This document shows, piece after piece, positions 12,001 to 24,961 of a stretch of DNA of 64,000 bases (position 1 is its first letter; each line of letters starts with the position of its first letter). Position numbers and translations under genes: made by a program. Where the stretch lies: the NCBI RefSeq assembly GCF_009914755.1, contig NC_060928.1; one strand, 5' to 3'. The DNA is from the human T2T-CHM13v2.0 reference genome, Homo sapiens. The notes beneath the pieces are model-generated. The model did no database searches, had not been told where the DNA came from, and saw only the letters and a program-made list of their open reading frames with translations.

Positions 12001-15000
12001 ATATCTTCAAATAAAAACTAGACAGAAGGATTCTCAGAAACTTATTTGTGATGTGTGTCCTAAACGAACACAGTTGAACCTTTGTTTTGATACAGCATTT
12101 TGGAAACACTCCTTTTGTAGAATCTGCAGGTGGATATTTGGATAGATTTTAAGATTTCGTTGGAAACGGGAATTTCTTCATAGAAACTCAAGACAGATGC
12201 ATTCTCAGAAACTTCTCTGTGATGTTTGCATTCCACTCATAGAGTTGAAAACTTCCTTTCATAGAGCAGGTTTGAAACACTCTTTTTGTAATATTTGGAA
12301 GTGGACATTTGCAGCGCTTTGAGGCCTATGGTGAAAAAGGAAATATCTTCTCATAAAAACCAGAAACGAGCATTCTCAGAAACTTCTTTTTGATGTGTGT
12401 ACTCAAGTAACAGAGTTGAACCTTCCTATTGACACAGCAGTTTTGAAACAATCTTTTTGTAGAATCTGCAAGTGGATATTTGGATAGCTTTGAGGAGTTC
12501 GTTGGAAACGGGATATCTTCATATAAAATCCAGACAGGAGCATTCTCAGAAACTTCTTTGTGCTCTATGTCCTCAATTAACAGAGTTGAACCATTGCTTG
12601 GATACAACATTTTGGAAACATTCCTTTAGTAGAATCTGCAAGGTGATATTTAGATAGCTTTGAAGATTTCGTTGGAAACGGGAATATCTTCATATAAAGT
12701 CTAGACGGAAGCATTCTCAGAAACTGCTTTGTGATGTTTGCATTCAAGTCACAGAGTTGAATATTCGCTTTTATAGAGCAGGTTTGAAACACTCTTTCCG
12801 GACTTCCTGGAAGTGGACATTTCGAGCGCTTTGAGGCCTATGGTGAAAAAGGAAATATCTTCCCATAAAAACTAGACGGAAGCCTTCTCAGAAACTTGTT
12901 TGAGATGTGTGTATTCAACTAGGAGAGTTGAACATTTCTTTTTACAGAGCAGTTTTAAAACACTCTTTTTGTGGAATCTGAAAGTGGAAGTTTGGATAGC
13001 TTTGAGGATTTCGTTGGAAGCGGGATGACATATAAAATCTAGAGAGAAGCATTCTCAGGAACTTCTTTGTGATGTTTGCATTCAAGTCACAGAATTGAAC
13101 ATTCCCTTTCATAGAGCAGGTTTGAAACACTCTTTCTCTAGTATCTGGAAGTGGACATTTCAAGCGCTTTCAGGCCTATGGAGAGAAAGGAAATACCTTC
13201 AAATAAAAACTAGACAGAAGCATTATCAGAAACTTATTTGTGATGTGTGTCCTCAACTAACAGAGTTGAACCTTTGTTTTGATACAGCATTTTGGAAACA
13301 CTCCTTTTGTAGAATCTGCAGGTGTATATTTGGATAGCTTTGAAGATTTCGTTGGAAACCGGAATATCTTCGTATAAAATCAAGACAGAAGCATTCTCGG
13401 AAACATCTCTGTGTTGTTTGCATTCAACTCAGTAGAGTTGAACACTTCCTTTCATAGAGCAGGTTTGAAACACTCTTTCTGCACTACCTGGAAGCGGACA
13501 TTTCGAGCGCTTTGAGGCCTATGGTGAAAAAGGACATATCTTCTCATAAAAACCAGAAAGAAGCATTCTCAGAAACTTCTTTGTGTTGTGTGTACTCAAG
13601 TAACACTGTTGAACCTTCCTTTTGACAGAGCAGTTTTGAAACACTCTTTTGGTAGAATCTGCAAGTGGATATTTGGATAGCTTTGAGGATTTCGTTGGAA
13701 ACGGGTTATCTTCATATAAAACCCAGACAGGAGCATTCTCAGAAACTTCTTTCTGCTGTATGTCCTCAATTCACAGAGCTGAACCTTTGTTTGGATACAG
13801 CATTTTGGAAACATTCCTTTAGTAGAATCTGCAAGTTGATATTTAGATAGCGTTGAAGATTTCGTTGGAAACGGGAATATCTTCATAGAAAATCTAGACG
13901 GAAGCATTCTCAGAAACTGCTTTGTGATGTTTGCATTCAAGTCACAGAGTTGACTATTCCCTTTTATAGAGTAGGTTTGAAACACTCTTTCGGCACTACC
14001 TGGAAGTGGATATTTCGAGCTCTTTGAGGCCTATGGTTAAAAGGAAATATCTTCCCATATATACTAGACGGAAGCCGTCTCAGAAACTTGTTTGTGATGT
14101 GTGTATTCAACTAACAGAGTTGAACATTTCTGTTACAGAGCAATTTTAAAACACTCTTTTTGTGGAATCTGAAAGTGGATAATTGGATAGCTTTGTGGAT
14201 TTCGTTGGAAACGGGATGACGTATAAAATCTAGAGAGAAGCATTCTCAGGAACTTCTTTCTGATGTTTGCATTCAAGTCACAGAATTGAACATTCCTTTT
14301 CATAGTGCAGGTTTGAAACACTCTTTCTGTAGTATCTGGAAGTGGACATTTCAAGCGCTTTCAGGCCTATGGGGAGAAAGGAAATATCTTCAAATAAAAA
14401 CTAGACAGAAGGATTCTCAGAAACTTATTTGTGATGTGTGTCCTAAACGAACACAGTTGAACCTTTGTTTTGATACAGCATTTTGGAAACACTCCTTTTG
14501 TAGAATCTGCAGGTGGATATTTGGATAGATTTTAAGATTTCGTTGGAAACGGGAATTTCTTCATAGAAACTCAAGACAGATGCATTCTCAGAAACTTCTC
14601 TGTGATGTTTGCATTCCACTCATAGAGTTGAAAACTTCCTTTCATAGAGCAGGGTTGAAACACTCTTTTTGTAATATTTGGAAGTGGACATTTGCAGCGC
14701 TTTGAGGCCTATGGTGAAAAAGGAAATATCTTCTCATAAAAACCAGAAACGAGCATTCTCAGAAACTTCTTTTTGATGTGTGTACTCAAGTAACAGAGTT
14801 GAACCTTCCTATTGACACAGCAGTTTTGAAACAATCTTTTTGTAGAATCTGCAAGTGGATATTTGGATAGCTTTGAGGAGTTCGTTGGAAACGGGATATC
14901 TTCATATAAAATCCAGACAGGAGCATTCTCAGAAACTTCTTTGTGCTCTATGTCCTCAATTAACAGAGTTGAACAATTGCTTGGATACAACATTTTGGAA

Positions 15001-17350
15001 ACATTCCTTTAGTAGAATCTGCAAGGTGATATTTAGATAGCTTTGAAGATTTCGTTGGAAACGGGAATATCTTCATATAAAGTCTAGACGGAAGCATTCT
15101 CAGAAACTGCTTTGTGATGTTTGCATTCAAGTCACAGAGTTGAATATTCGCTTTTATAGAGCAGGTTTGAAACACTCTTTCCGGACTTCCTGGAAGTGGA
15201 CATTTTGAGCGCTTTGAGGCCTATGGTGAAAAAGGAAATATCTTCCCATAAAAACTAGACGGAAGCCTTCTCAGAAACTTGTTTGAGATGTGTGTATTCA
15301 ACTAGGAGAGTTGAACATTTCTTTTTACAGAGCAGTTTTAAAACACTCTTTTTGTGGAATCTGAAAGTGGAAGTTTGGATAGCTTTGAGGATTTCGTTGG
15401 AAGCGGGATGACATATAAAATCTAGAGAGAAGCATTCTGAGGAACTTCTTTGTGATGTTTGCATTCAAGTCACAGAATTGAACATTCCCTTTCATAGAGC
15501 AGGTTTGAAACACTCTTTCTCTAGTATCTGGAAGTGGACATTTCAAGCGCTTTCAGGCCTATGGAGAGAAAGGAAATACCTTCAAATAAAAACTAGACAG
15601 AAGCATTATCAGAAACTTATTTGTGATGTGTGTCCTCAACTAACAGAGTTGAACCTTTGTTTTGATACAGCATTTTGGAAACACTCCTTTTGTAGAATCT
15701 GCAGGTGTATATTTGGATAGCTTTGAAGATTTCGTTGGAAACCGGAATATCTTCGTATAAAATCAAGACAGAAGCATTCTCGGAAACATCTCTGTGTTGT
15801 TTGCATTCAACTCAGTAGAGTTGAACACTTCCTTTCATAGAGCAGGTTTGAAACACTCTTTCTGCACTACCTGGAAGCGGACATTTCGAGCGCTTTGAGG
15901 CCTATGGTGAAAAAGGAAATATCTTCTCATAAAAACCAGAAAGAAGCATTCTCAGAAACTTCTTTGTGTTGTGTGTACTCAAGTAACAGTGTTGAACCTT
16001 CCTTTTGACAGAGCAGTTTTGAAACACTCTTTTGGTAGAATCTGCAAGTGGATATTTGGATAGCTTTGAGGATTTCGTTGGAAACGGGTTATCTTCATAT
16101 AAAATCCAGACAGGAGGATTCTCAGAAACTTCTTTGTGCTGTATGTCCTCAATTCACAGAGCTGAACCTTTGTTTGGATACAGCATTTTGGAAACATTCC
16201 TTTAGTAGAATCTGCAAGTTGATATTTAGATAGCTTTGAAGATTTCGTTGGAAACGGGAATATCTTCATAGAAAATCTAGACGGAAGCCTTCTCAGAAAC
16301 TGCTTTGTGATGTTTGCATTCAAGTCACAGAGTTGACTATTCCCTTTTATAGAGTAGGTTTGAAACACTCTTTCGGCACTACCTGGAAGTGGATATTTCG
16401 AGCTCTTTGAGGCCTATGGTTAAAAGGAAATATCTTCCCGTAAAAACTAGACGGAAGCCGTCTCAGAAACTTGTTTGTGATGTGTGTATTCAACTAACAG
16501 AGTTGAACATTTCTGTTACAGAGCAATTTTAAAACACTCTTTTTGTGGAATCTGAAAGTGGATAATTGGATAGCTTTGTGGATTTCGTTGGAAACGGGAT
16601 GACGTATAAAATCTAGAGAGAAGCATTCTCAGGAACTTCTTTCTGATGTTTGCATTCAAGTCACAGAATTGAACATTCCTTTTCATAGTGCAGGTTTGAA
16701 ACACTCTTTCTGTAGTATCTGGAAGTGGACATTTCAAGCGCTTTCAGGCCTATGGGGAGAAAGGAAATATCTTCAAATAAAAACTAGACAGAAGGATTCT
16801 CAGAAACTTATTTGTGATGTGTGTCCTAAACGAACACAGTTGAACCTTTGTTTTGATACAGCATTTTGGAAACACTCCTTTTGTAGGATCTGCAGGTGGA
16901 TATTTGGATAGATTTTAAGATTTCGTTGGAAACGGGAATTTCTTCATAGAAACTCAAGACAGATGCATTCTCAGAAACTTCTCTGTGATGTTTGCATTCC
17001 ACTCATAGAGTTGAAAACTTCCTTTCATAGAGCAGGGTTGAAACACTCTTTTTGTAATATTTGGAAGTGGACATTTGCAGCGCTTTGAGGCCTATGGTGA
17101 AAAAGGAAATATCTTCTCATAAAAACCAGAAACGAGCATTCTCAGAAACTTCTTTTTGATGTGTGTACTCAAGTAACAGAGTTGAACCTTCCTATTGACA
17201 CAGCAGTTTTGAAACAATCTTTTTGTAGAATCTGCAAGTGGATATTTGGATAGCTTTGAGGAGTTCGTTGGAAACGGGATATCTTCATATAAAATCCAGA
17301 CAGGAGCATTCTCAGAAACTTCTTTGTGCTCTATGTCCTCAATTAACAGA
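1..17350 (+). repeat. 14-mer alpha-satellite HOR domain (2383-bp unit = two diverged 7-mers of ~1191-1192 bp)
   Basis: Monomer m3 starts at 115, 2498, 6072, 8455, 10838, 13221 and 15604 (spacings 2383, 3574, 2383, 2383, 2383, 2383). The ORF track repeats with the same period (6447, 8830, 11213, 13596, 15979). Confidence 0.95.
3517..5900 (+). repeat. Tandem duplication of one 7-mer half (1192 bp x2), giving a 21-mer unit
   Basis: 3517-4708 and 4709-5900 are near-identical (ORFs 3562/4754, 3985/5177, 4131/5323) and share the private variants gatttcattgg and catgtaaagtc. Confidence 0.93.
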
Positions 17351-18623
17351 GTTGAACCATTGCTTGGATACAGCATTTTGGAAACATTCCTTGAGTAGAA
17401 TCTGCAAGTTGATATTTAGATAGATTTGAAGATTTCGTTGGAAAAGGGAATATCTCCATATAAAATCTAGAGGGAAGCATTCTCAGAAACTGCTTTGTGA
17501 TGTTTCCATTCAAGTCACAGAGTTGAATATTCCCTTTTATAGAGCACGTTTGAAACACTCTTTCTGCACTATCTGGAAGTGGACATTTCGAGCGCTTTGA
17601 GGCCTATGGTGAAAAAGGAAATATCTTCCCATAAAAACTAGACAGAAGCATTCTCAGAAACTTGTTTGTGATGTGTGTATTCAACTAACAGAGTTGAACT
17701 TTTGTTTTTACAGAGCCGTTTTAAAACACTCTTTTTGTGGAATCAGAAAGTGGATATTCGGATGGCTCTGAGGATTTCGTTGGAAGCGGGATTACATATA
17801 AAATCTAGAGAGAAGCATTCTCAGGAACTTCTTTGTGATGTTTGCATTGAAGTCACAGAATTGAACATTCACTTTGATAGAGCAGGTTTGAAACACTCAT
17901 TCTGTAGTATCTGGAAGTGGACATTTCAAGCGCTTTCAGGCCTATGGTGAGAAAGGAAATATCTTCGAATAAAAACTAGACAGAAGCATCCTCAGAAACT
18001 TATTTGTGATGTGTGTCCTCAACTAACAGAGTTGAAACTTTGTTTTGATACAGCATTTTGGAAACACTCTTTTTGTAGAATCTGCAGGTGGATATTTGGA
18101 TAGCTTAGAGGGATTCGTTGGAAAGGGGATATTTTCATATAAAATCTAGACAGAAGCATTCTCAGAAACTTATTTGAGATGTGTGTCCTCAGCTAACAGA
18201 GTTGAACCTTGGTTTTGATACAGCATTTTGGAAACACTCCTTTTGTAGAATCTGCAGGTGGATATGTGGATAGCTCTGAAGATTTCGTTGGAAACGGGAA
18301 TTTCTTCATATAAAATCAAACAGAAGCATTCTCAGAAACTTCTCAGTGATGTTTGCATTCAGCTCATGGAGTTGAACACTTCCTTTCATAGAGCCGGTTT
18401 GAAACACTCTTTCTGCACTACCTGGAAGAGGACATTTCGAGCGCTTTGAGTCCTATGGTGAAAAAGGAAATATCTTCTCATAAAAACCAGAAAGAAGCAT
18501 TCTCAGAAACTTCTTTGTGTTGTGTGTACTCATGTAACAGTGTTGAACCATCCTTTTGACAGAGCAGTTTTGAAACACTCTTTTTGTAGAATCTGCAAGT
18601 GGATATTTGGATAGCTTTGAGGA

Positions 18624-18640
18624 TTTCGTTGGAAACGGGA
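18624..18640 (+). promoter_or_regulatory. CENP-B box (representative; intact in m1,5,6,8,10,12,15,18 of each 19-mer)
   Basis: TTTCGTTGGAAACGGGA matches the NTTCGNNNNANNCGGGN core. The same site is degenerate in m3 (CCGG), m13 (AGGG) and m17 (GGGG). Confidence 0.95.
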
Positions 18641-19133
18641 TGACATATAATATCTAGAGAGAAGCATTCTCAGGAACTTCTTTGTGATGTTTGCATTCAA
18701 GTCACAGAATTGAACATTCCCTTTCATAGAGCAGGTTTGAAACACTCTTTCTCTAGTATCTGGAAGTGGGCATTTCAAGCGCTTTCAGGCCTATGGAGAG
18801 AAAGGAAATACCTTCAAATAAAAACTAGACAGAAGCATTCTCAGAAACTTATTTGTGATGTGTGTCCTCAACTAACAGAGTTGAACCTTTGTTTTGATAC
18901 AGCATTTTGGAAACACTCCTTTTGTAGAATCTGCAGGTGGATATTTGGATAGCTTTGAAGATTTCGTTGGAAACCGGAATATCTTCATATAAAATCAAGA
19001 CAGAAGCATTCTCGGAAACATCTCTGTGATGTTTGCATTCAACTCAGTAGAGTTGAACACTTCCTTTCATAGAGCAGGTTTGAAACACTCTTTCTGCACT
19101 ACCTGGAAGCGGACATTTCGAGCGCTTTGAGGC

Positions 19134-19150
19134 CTATGGTGAAAAAGGAA
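19134..19150 (-). promoter_or_regulatory. pJ-alpha (A-type monomer) box (representative; exact in m4,11,14,19)
   Basis: The reverse complement TTCCTTTTTCACCATAG matches the pJ-alpha consensus TTCCTTTTYCACCRTAG and lies at the position homologous to the CENP-B box. Confidence 0.85.
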
Positions 19151-22100
19151 ATATCTTCTCATAAAAACCAGAAAGAAGCATTCTCAGAAACTTCTTTGTG
19201 TTGTGTGTACTCAAGTAACAGTGTTGAACCTTCCTTTTGACACAGCAGTTTTGAAACACTCTTTTGGTAGAATCTGCAAGTGGATATTTGGATAGCTTTG
19301 AGGATTTCGTTGGAAACGGGTTATCTTCATATAAAATCCAGACAGGAGCATTCTCAGAAACTTCTTTGTGCTGCATGTCCTCAATTCACAGAGCTGAACC
19401 TTTGTTTGGATACAGCATTTTGGAAACATTCCTTTAGTAGAATCTGCAAGTTGATATTTAGATAGCTTTGAAGATTTCGTTGGAAACGGGAATATCTTCA
19501 TAGAAAATCTAGACGGAAGCATTCTCAGAAACTGCTTTGTGATGTTTGCATTCAAGTCACAGAGTTGAATATTCCCTTTTATAGAGTAGGTTTGAAACAC
19601 TCTTTCGGCACTACCTGGAAGTGGATATTTCGAGCTCTTTGAGGCCTATGGTTAAAAGGAAATATCTTCCCATAAAAACTAGACAGAAGCCGTCTCAGAA
19701 ACTTGTTTGTGATGTGTGTATTCAACTAACAGAGTTGAACATTTCTGTTACAGAGCAATTTTAAAACACTCTTTTTGTGGAATCTGAAAGTGGATAATTG
19801 GATAGCTTTGTGGATTTCGTTGGAAACGGGATGACGTATAAAATCTAGAGAGAAGCATTCTCAGGAACTTCTTTCTGATGTTTGCATTCAAGTCACAGAA
19901 TTGAACATTCCTTTTCATAGTGCAGGTTTGAAACACTCTTTCTGTAGTATCTGGAAGTGGACATTTCAAGCGCTTTCAGGCCTATGGGGAGAAAGGAAAT
20001 ATCTTCAAATAAAAACTAGACAGAAGGATTCTCAGAAACTTATTTGTGATGTGTGTCCTAAACGAACACAGTTGAACCTTTGTTTTGATACAGCATTTTG
20101 GAAACACTCCTTTTGTAGGATCTGCAGGTGGATATTTGGATAGATTTTAAGATTTCGTTGGAAACGGGAGTTTCTTCATAGAAACTCAAGACAGATGCAT
20201 TCTCAGAAACATCTCTGTGATGTTTGCATTCCACTCATAGAGTTGAAAACTTCCTTTCATAGAGCAGGTTTGAAACACTCTTTTTGTAATATTTGGAAGT
20301 GGACATTTGCAGCGCTTTGAGGCCTATGGTGAAAAAGGAAATATCTTCTCATAAAAACCAGAAACAAGCATTCTCAGAAACTTCTTTTTGATGTGTGTAC
20401 TCAAGTAACAGAGTTGAACCTTCCTTTTGACACAGCAGTTTTGAAACAATCTTTTTGTAGAATCTGCAAGTGGATATTTGGATAGCTTTGAGGATTTCGT
20501 TGGAAACGGGATATCTTCATATAAAATCTAGACAGAAGCATTCTCAGAAACTTCTTTGTGCTGTATGTCCTCAATTAACAGAGTTGAACCATTGCTTGGA
20601 TACAGCATTTTGGAAACATTCCTTGAGTAGAATCTGCAAGTTGATATTTAGATAGATTTGAAGATTTCGTTGGAAAAGGGAATATCTCCATATAAAATCT
20701 AGAGGGAAGCATTCTCAGAAACTGCTTTGTGATGTTTCCATTCAAGTCACAGAGTTGAATATTCCCTTTTATAGAGCACGTTTGAAACACTCTTTCTGCA
20801 CTATCTGGAAGTGGACATTTCGAGCGCTTTGAGGCCTATGGTGAAAAAGGAAATATCTTCCCATAAAAACTAGACAGAAGCATTCTCAGAAACTTGTTCG
20901 TGATGTGTGTATTCAACTAACAGAGTTGAAATTTTGTTTTTACAGAGCCGTTTTAAAACACTCTTTTTGTGGAATCAGAAAGTGGATATTCGGATGGCTC
21001 TGAGGATTTCGTTGGAAGCGGGATTACATATAAAATCTAGAGAGAAGCATTCTCAGGAACTTCTTTGTGATGTTTGCATTGAAGTCACAGAATTGAACAT
21101 TCACTTTGATAGAGCAGGTTTGAAACACTCATTCTGTAGTATCTGGAAGTGGACATTTCAAGCGCTTTCAGGCCTATGGTGAGAAAGGAAATATCTTCGA
21201 ATAAAAACTAGACAGAAGCATCCTCAGAAACTTATTTGTGATGTGTGTCCTCAACTAACTGAGTTGAAACTTTGTTTTGATACAGCATTTTGGAAACACT
21301 CTTTTTGAAGAATCTGCAGGTGGATATTTGGATAGCTTAGAGGGATTCGTTGGAAAGGGGATATCTTCATATAAAATCTAGACAGAAGCATTCTCAGAAA
21401 CTTATTTGTGATGTGTGTCCTCAATTAACAGAGTTGAACCTTGGTTTTGATACAGCATTTTGGAAACACTCCTTTTGTAGAATCTGCAGGTGGATATGTG
21501 GATAGCTCTGAAGATTTCGTTGGAAACGGGAATTTCTTCATATAAAATCAAACAGAAGCATTCTCAGAAACTTCTCAGTGATGTTTGCATTCAGCTCATG
21601 GAGTTGAACACTTCCTTTCATAGAGCCGGTTTGAAACACTCTTTCTGCACTACCTGGAAGAGGACATTTCGAGCGCTTTGAGTCCTATGGTGAAAAAGGA
21701 AATATCTTCTCATAAAAACCAGAAAGAAGCATTCTCAGAAACTTCTTTGTGTTGTGTGTACTCATGTAACAGTGTTGAACCATCCTTTTGACAGAGCAGT
21801 TTTGAAACACTCTTTTTGTAGAATCTGCAAGTGGATATTTGGATAGCTTTGAGGATTTCGTTGGAAACGGGATGACATATAATATCTAGAGAGAAGCATT
21901 CTCAGGAACTTCTTTGTGATGTTTGCATTCAAGTAACAGAATTGAACATTCCCTTTCATAGAGCAGGTTTGAAACACTCTTTCTCTAGTATCTGGAAGTG
22001 GGCATTTCAAGCGCTTTCAGGCCTATGGAGAGAAAGGAAATACCTTCAAATAAAAACTAGACAGAAGCATTCTCAGAAACTTATTTGTGATGTGTGTCCT

Positions 22101-24961
22101 CAACTAACAGAGTTGAACCTTTGTTTTGATACAGCATTTTGGAAACACTCCTTTTGTAGAATCTGCAGGTGGATATTTGGATAGCTTTGAAGATTTCGTT
22201 GGAAACCGGAATATCTTCATATAAAATCAAGACAGAAGCATTCTCGGAAACATCTCTGTGATGTTTGCATTCAACTCAGTAGAGTTGAACACTTCCTTTC
22301 ATAGAGCAGGTTTGAAACACTCTTTCTGCACTACCTGGAAGCGGACATTTCGAGCGCTTTGAGGCCTATGGTGAAAAAGGAAATATCTTCTCATAAAAAC
22401 CAGAAAGAAGCATTCTCAGAAACTTCTTTGTGTTGTGTGTACTCAAGTAACAGTGTTGAACCTTCCTTTTGACACAGCAGTTTTGAAACACTCTTTTGGT
22501 AGAATCTGCAAGTGGATATTTGGATAGCTTTGAGGATTTCGTTGGAAACGGGTTATCTTCATATAAAATCCAGACAGGAGCATTCTCAGAAACTTCTTTG
22601 TGCTGCATGTCCTCAATTCACAGAGCTGAACCTTTGTTTGGATACAGCATTTTGGAAACATTCCTTTAGTAGAATCTGCAAGTTGATATTTAGATAGCTT
22701 TGAAGATTTCGTTGGAAACGGGAATATCTTCATAGAAAATCTAGACGGAAGCATTCTCAGAAACTGCTTTGTGATGTTTGCATTCAAGTCACAGAGTTGA
22801 ATATTCCCTTTTATAGAGTAGGTTTGAAACACTCTTTCGGCACTACCTGGAAGTGGATATTTCGAGCTCTTTGAGGCCTATGGTTAAAAGGAAATATCTT
22901 CCCATAAAAACTAGACAGAAGCCGTCTCAGAAACTTGTTTGTGATGTGTGTATTCAACTAACAGAGTTGAACATTTCTGTTACAGAGCAATTTTAAAACA
23001 CTCTTTTTGTGGAATCTGAAAGTGGATAATTGGATAGCTTTGTGGATTTCGTTGGAAACGGGATGACGTATAAAATCTAGAGAGAAGCATTCTCAGGAAC
23101 TTCTTTCTGATGTTTGCATTCAAGTCACAGAATTGAACATTCCTTTTCATAGTGCAGGTTTGAAACACTCTTTCTGTAGTATCTGGAAGTGGACATTTCA
23201 AGCGCTTTCAGGCCTATGGGGAGAAAGGAAATATCTTCAAATAAAAACTAGACAGAAGGATTCTCAGAAACTTATTTGTGATGTGTGTCCTAAACGAACA
23301 CAGTTGAACCTTTGTTTTGATACAGCATTTTGGAAACACTCCTTTTGTAGGATCTGCAGGTGGATATTTGGATAGATTTTAAGATTTCGTTGGAAACGGG
23401 AGTTTCTTCATAGAAACTCAAGACAGATGCATTCTCAGAAACATCTCTGTGATGTTTGCATTCCACTCATAGAGTTGAAAACTTCCTTTCATAGAGCAGG
23501 TTTGAAACACTCTTTTTGTAATATTTGGAAGTGGACATTTGCAGCGCTTTGAGGCCTATGGTGAAAAAGGAAATATCTTCTCATAAAAACCAGAAACAAG
23601 CATTCTCAGAAACTTCTTTTTGATGTGTGTACTCAAGTAACAGAGTTGAACCTTCCTTTTGACACAGCAGTTTTGAAACAATCTTTTTGTAGAATCTGCA
23701 AGTGGATATTTGGATAGCTTTGAGGATTTCGTTGGAAACGGGATATCTTCATATAAAATCTAGACAGAAGCATTCTCAGAAACTTCTTTGTGCTGTATGT
23801 CCTCAATTAACAGAGTTGAACCATTGCTTGGATACAGCATTTTGGAAACATTCCTGGAGTAGAATCTGCAAGTTGATATTTAGATAGATTTGAAGATTTC
23901 GTTGGAAAAGGGAATATCTCCATATAAAATCTAGAGGGAAGCATTCTCAGAAACTGCTTTGTGATGTTTCCATTCAAGTCACAGAGTTGAATATTCCCTT
24001 TTATAGAGCACGTTTGAAACACTCTTTCTGCACTATCTGGAAGTGGACATTTCGAGCGCTTTGAGGCCTATGGTGAAAAAGGAAATATCTTCCCATAAAA
24101 ACTAGACAGAAGCATTCTCAGAAACTTGTTTGTGATGTGTGTATTCAACTAACAGAGTTGAACTTTTGTTTTTACAGAGCCGTTTTAAAACACTCTTTTT
24201 GTGGAATCAGAAAGTGGATATTCGGATGGCTCTGAGGATTTCGTTGGAAGCGGGATTACATATAAAATCTAGAGAGAAGCATTCTCAGGAACTTCTTTGT
24301 GATGTTTGCATTGAAGTCACAGAATTGAACATTCACTTTGATAGAGCAGGTTTGAAACACTCATTCTGTAGTATCTGGAAGTGGACATTTCAAGCGCTTT
24401 CAGGCCTATGGTGAGAAAGGAAATATCTTCGAATAAAAACTAGACAGAAGCATCCTCAGAAACTTATTTGTGATGTGTGTCCTCAACTAACAGAGTTGAA
24501 ACTTTGTTTTGATACAGCATTTTGGAAACACTCTTTTTGTAGAATCTGCAGGTGGATATTTGGATAGCTTAGAGGGATTCGTTGGAAAGGGGATATCTTC
24601 ATATAAAATCTAGACAGAAGCATTCTCAGAAACTTATTTGTGATGTGTGTCCTCAACTAACAGAGTTGAACCTTGGTTTTGATACAGCATTTTGGAAACA
24701 CTCCTTTTGTAGAATCTGCAGGTGGATATGTGGATAGCTCTGAAGATTTCGTTGGAAACGGGAATTTCTTCATATAAAATCAAACAGAAGCATTCTCAGA
24801 AACTTCTCAGTGATGTTTGCATTCAGCTCATGGAGTTGAACACTTCCTTTCATAGAGCCGGTTTGAAACACTCTTTCTGCACTACCTGGAAGAGGACATT
24901 TCGAGCGCTTTGAGTCCTATGGTGAAAAAGGAAATATCTTCTCATAAAAACCAGAAAGAAG

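Noticed and set aside
1-17350. Calling the left domain a different chromosome's array or a chimeric contig
   Set aside because: Eleven of its 14 monomers match the 19-mer closely and alleles grade across the junction, which fits one evolving array. Only long reads can exclude a misjoin completely.
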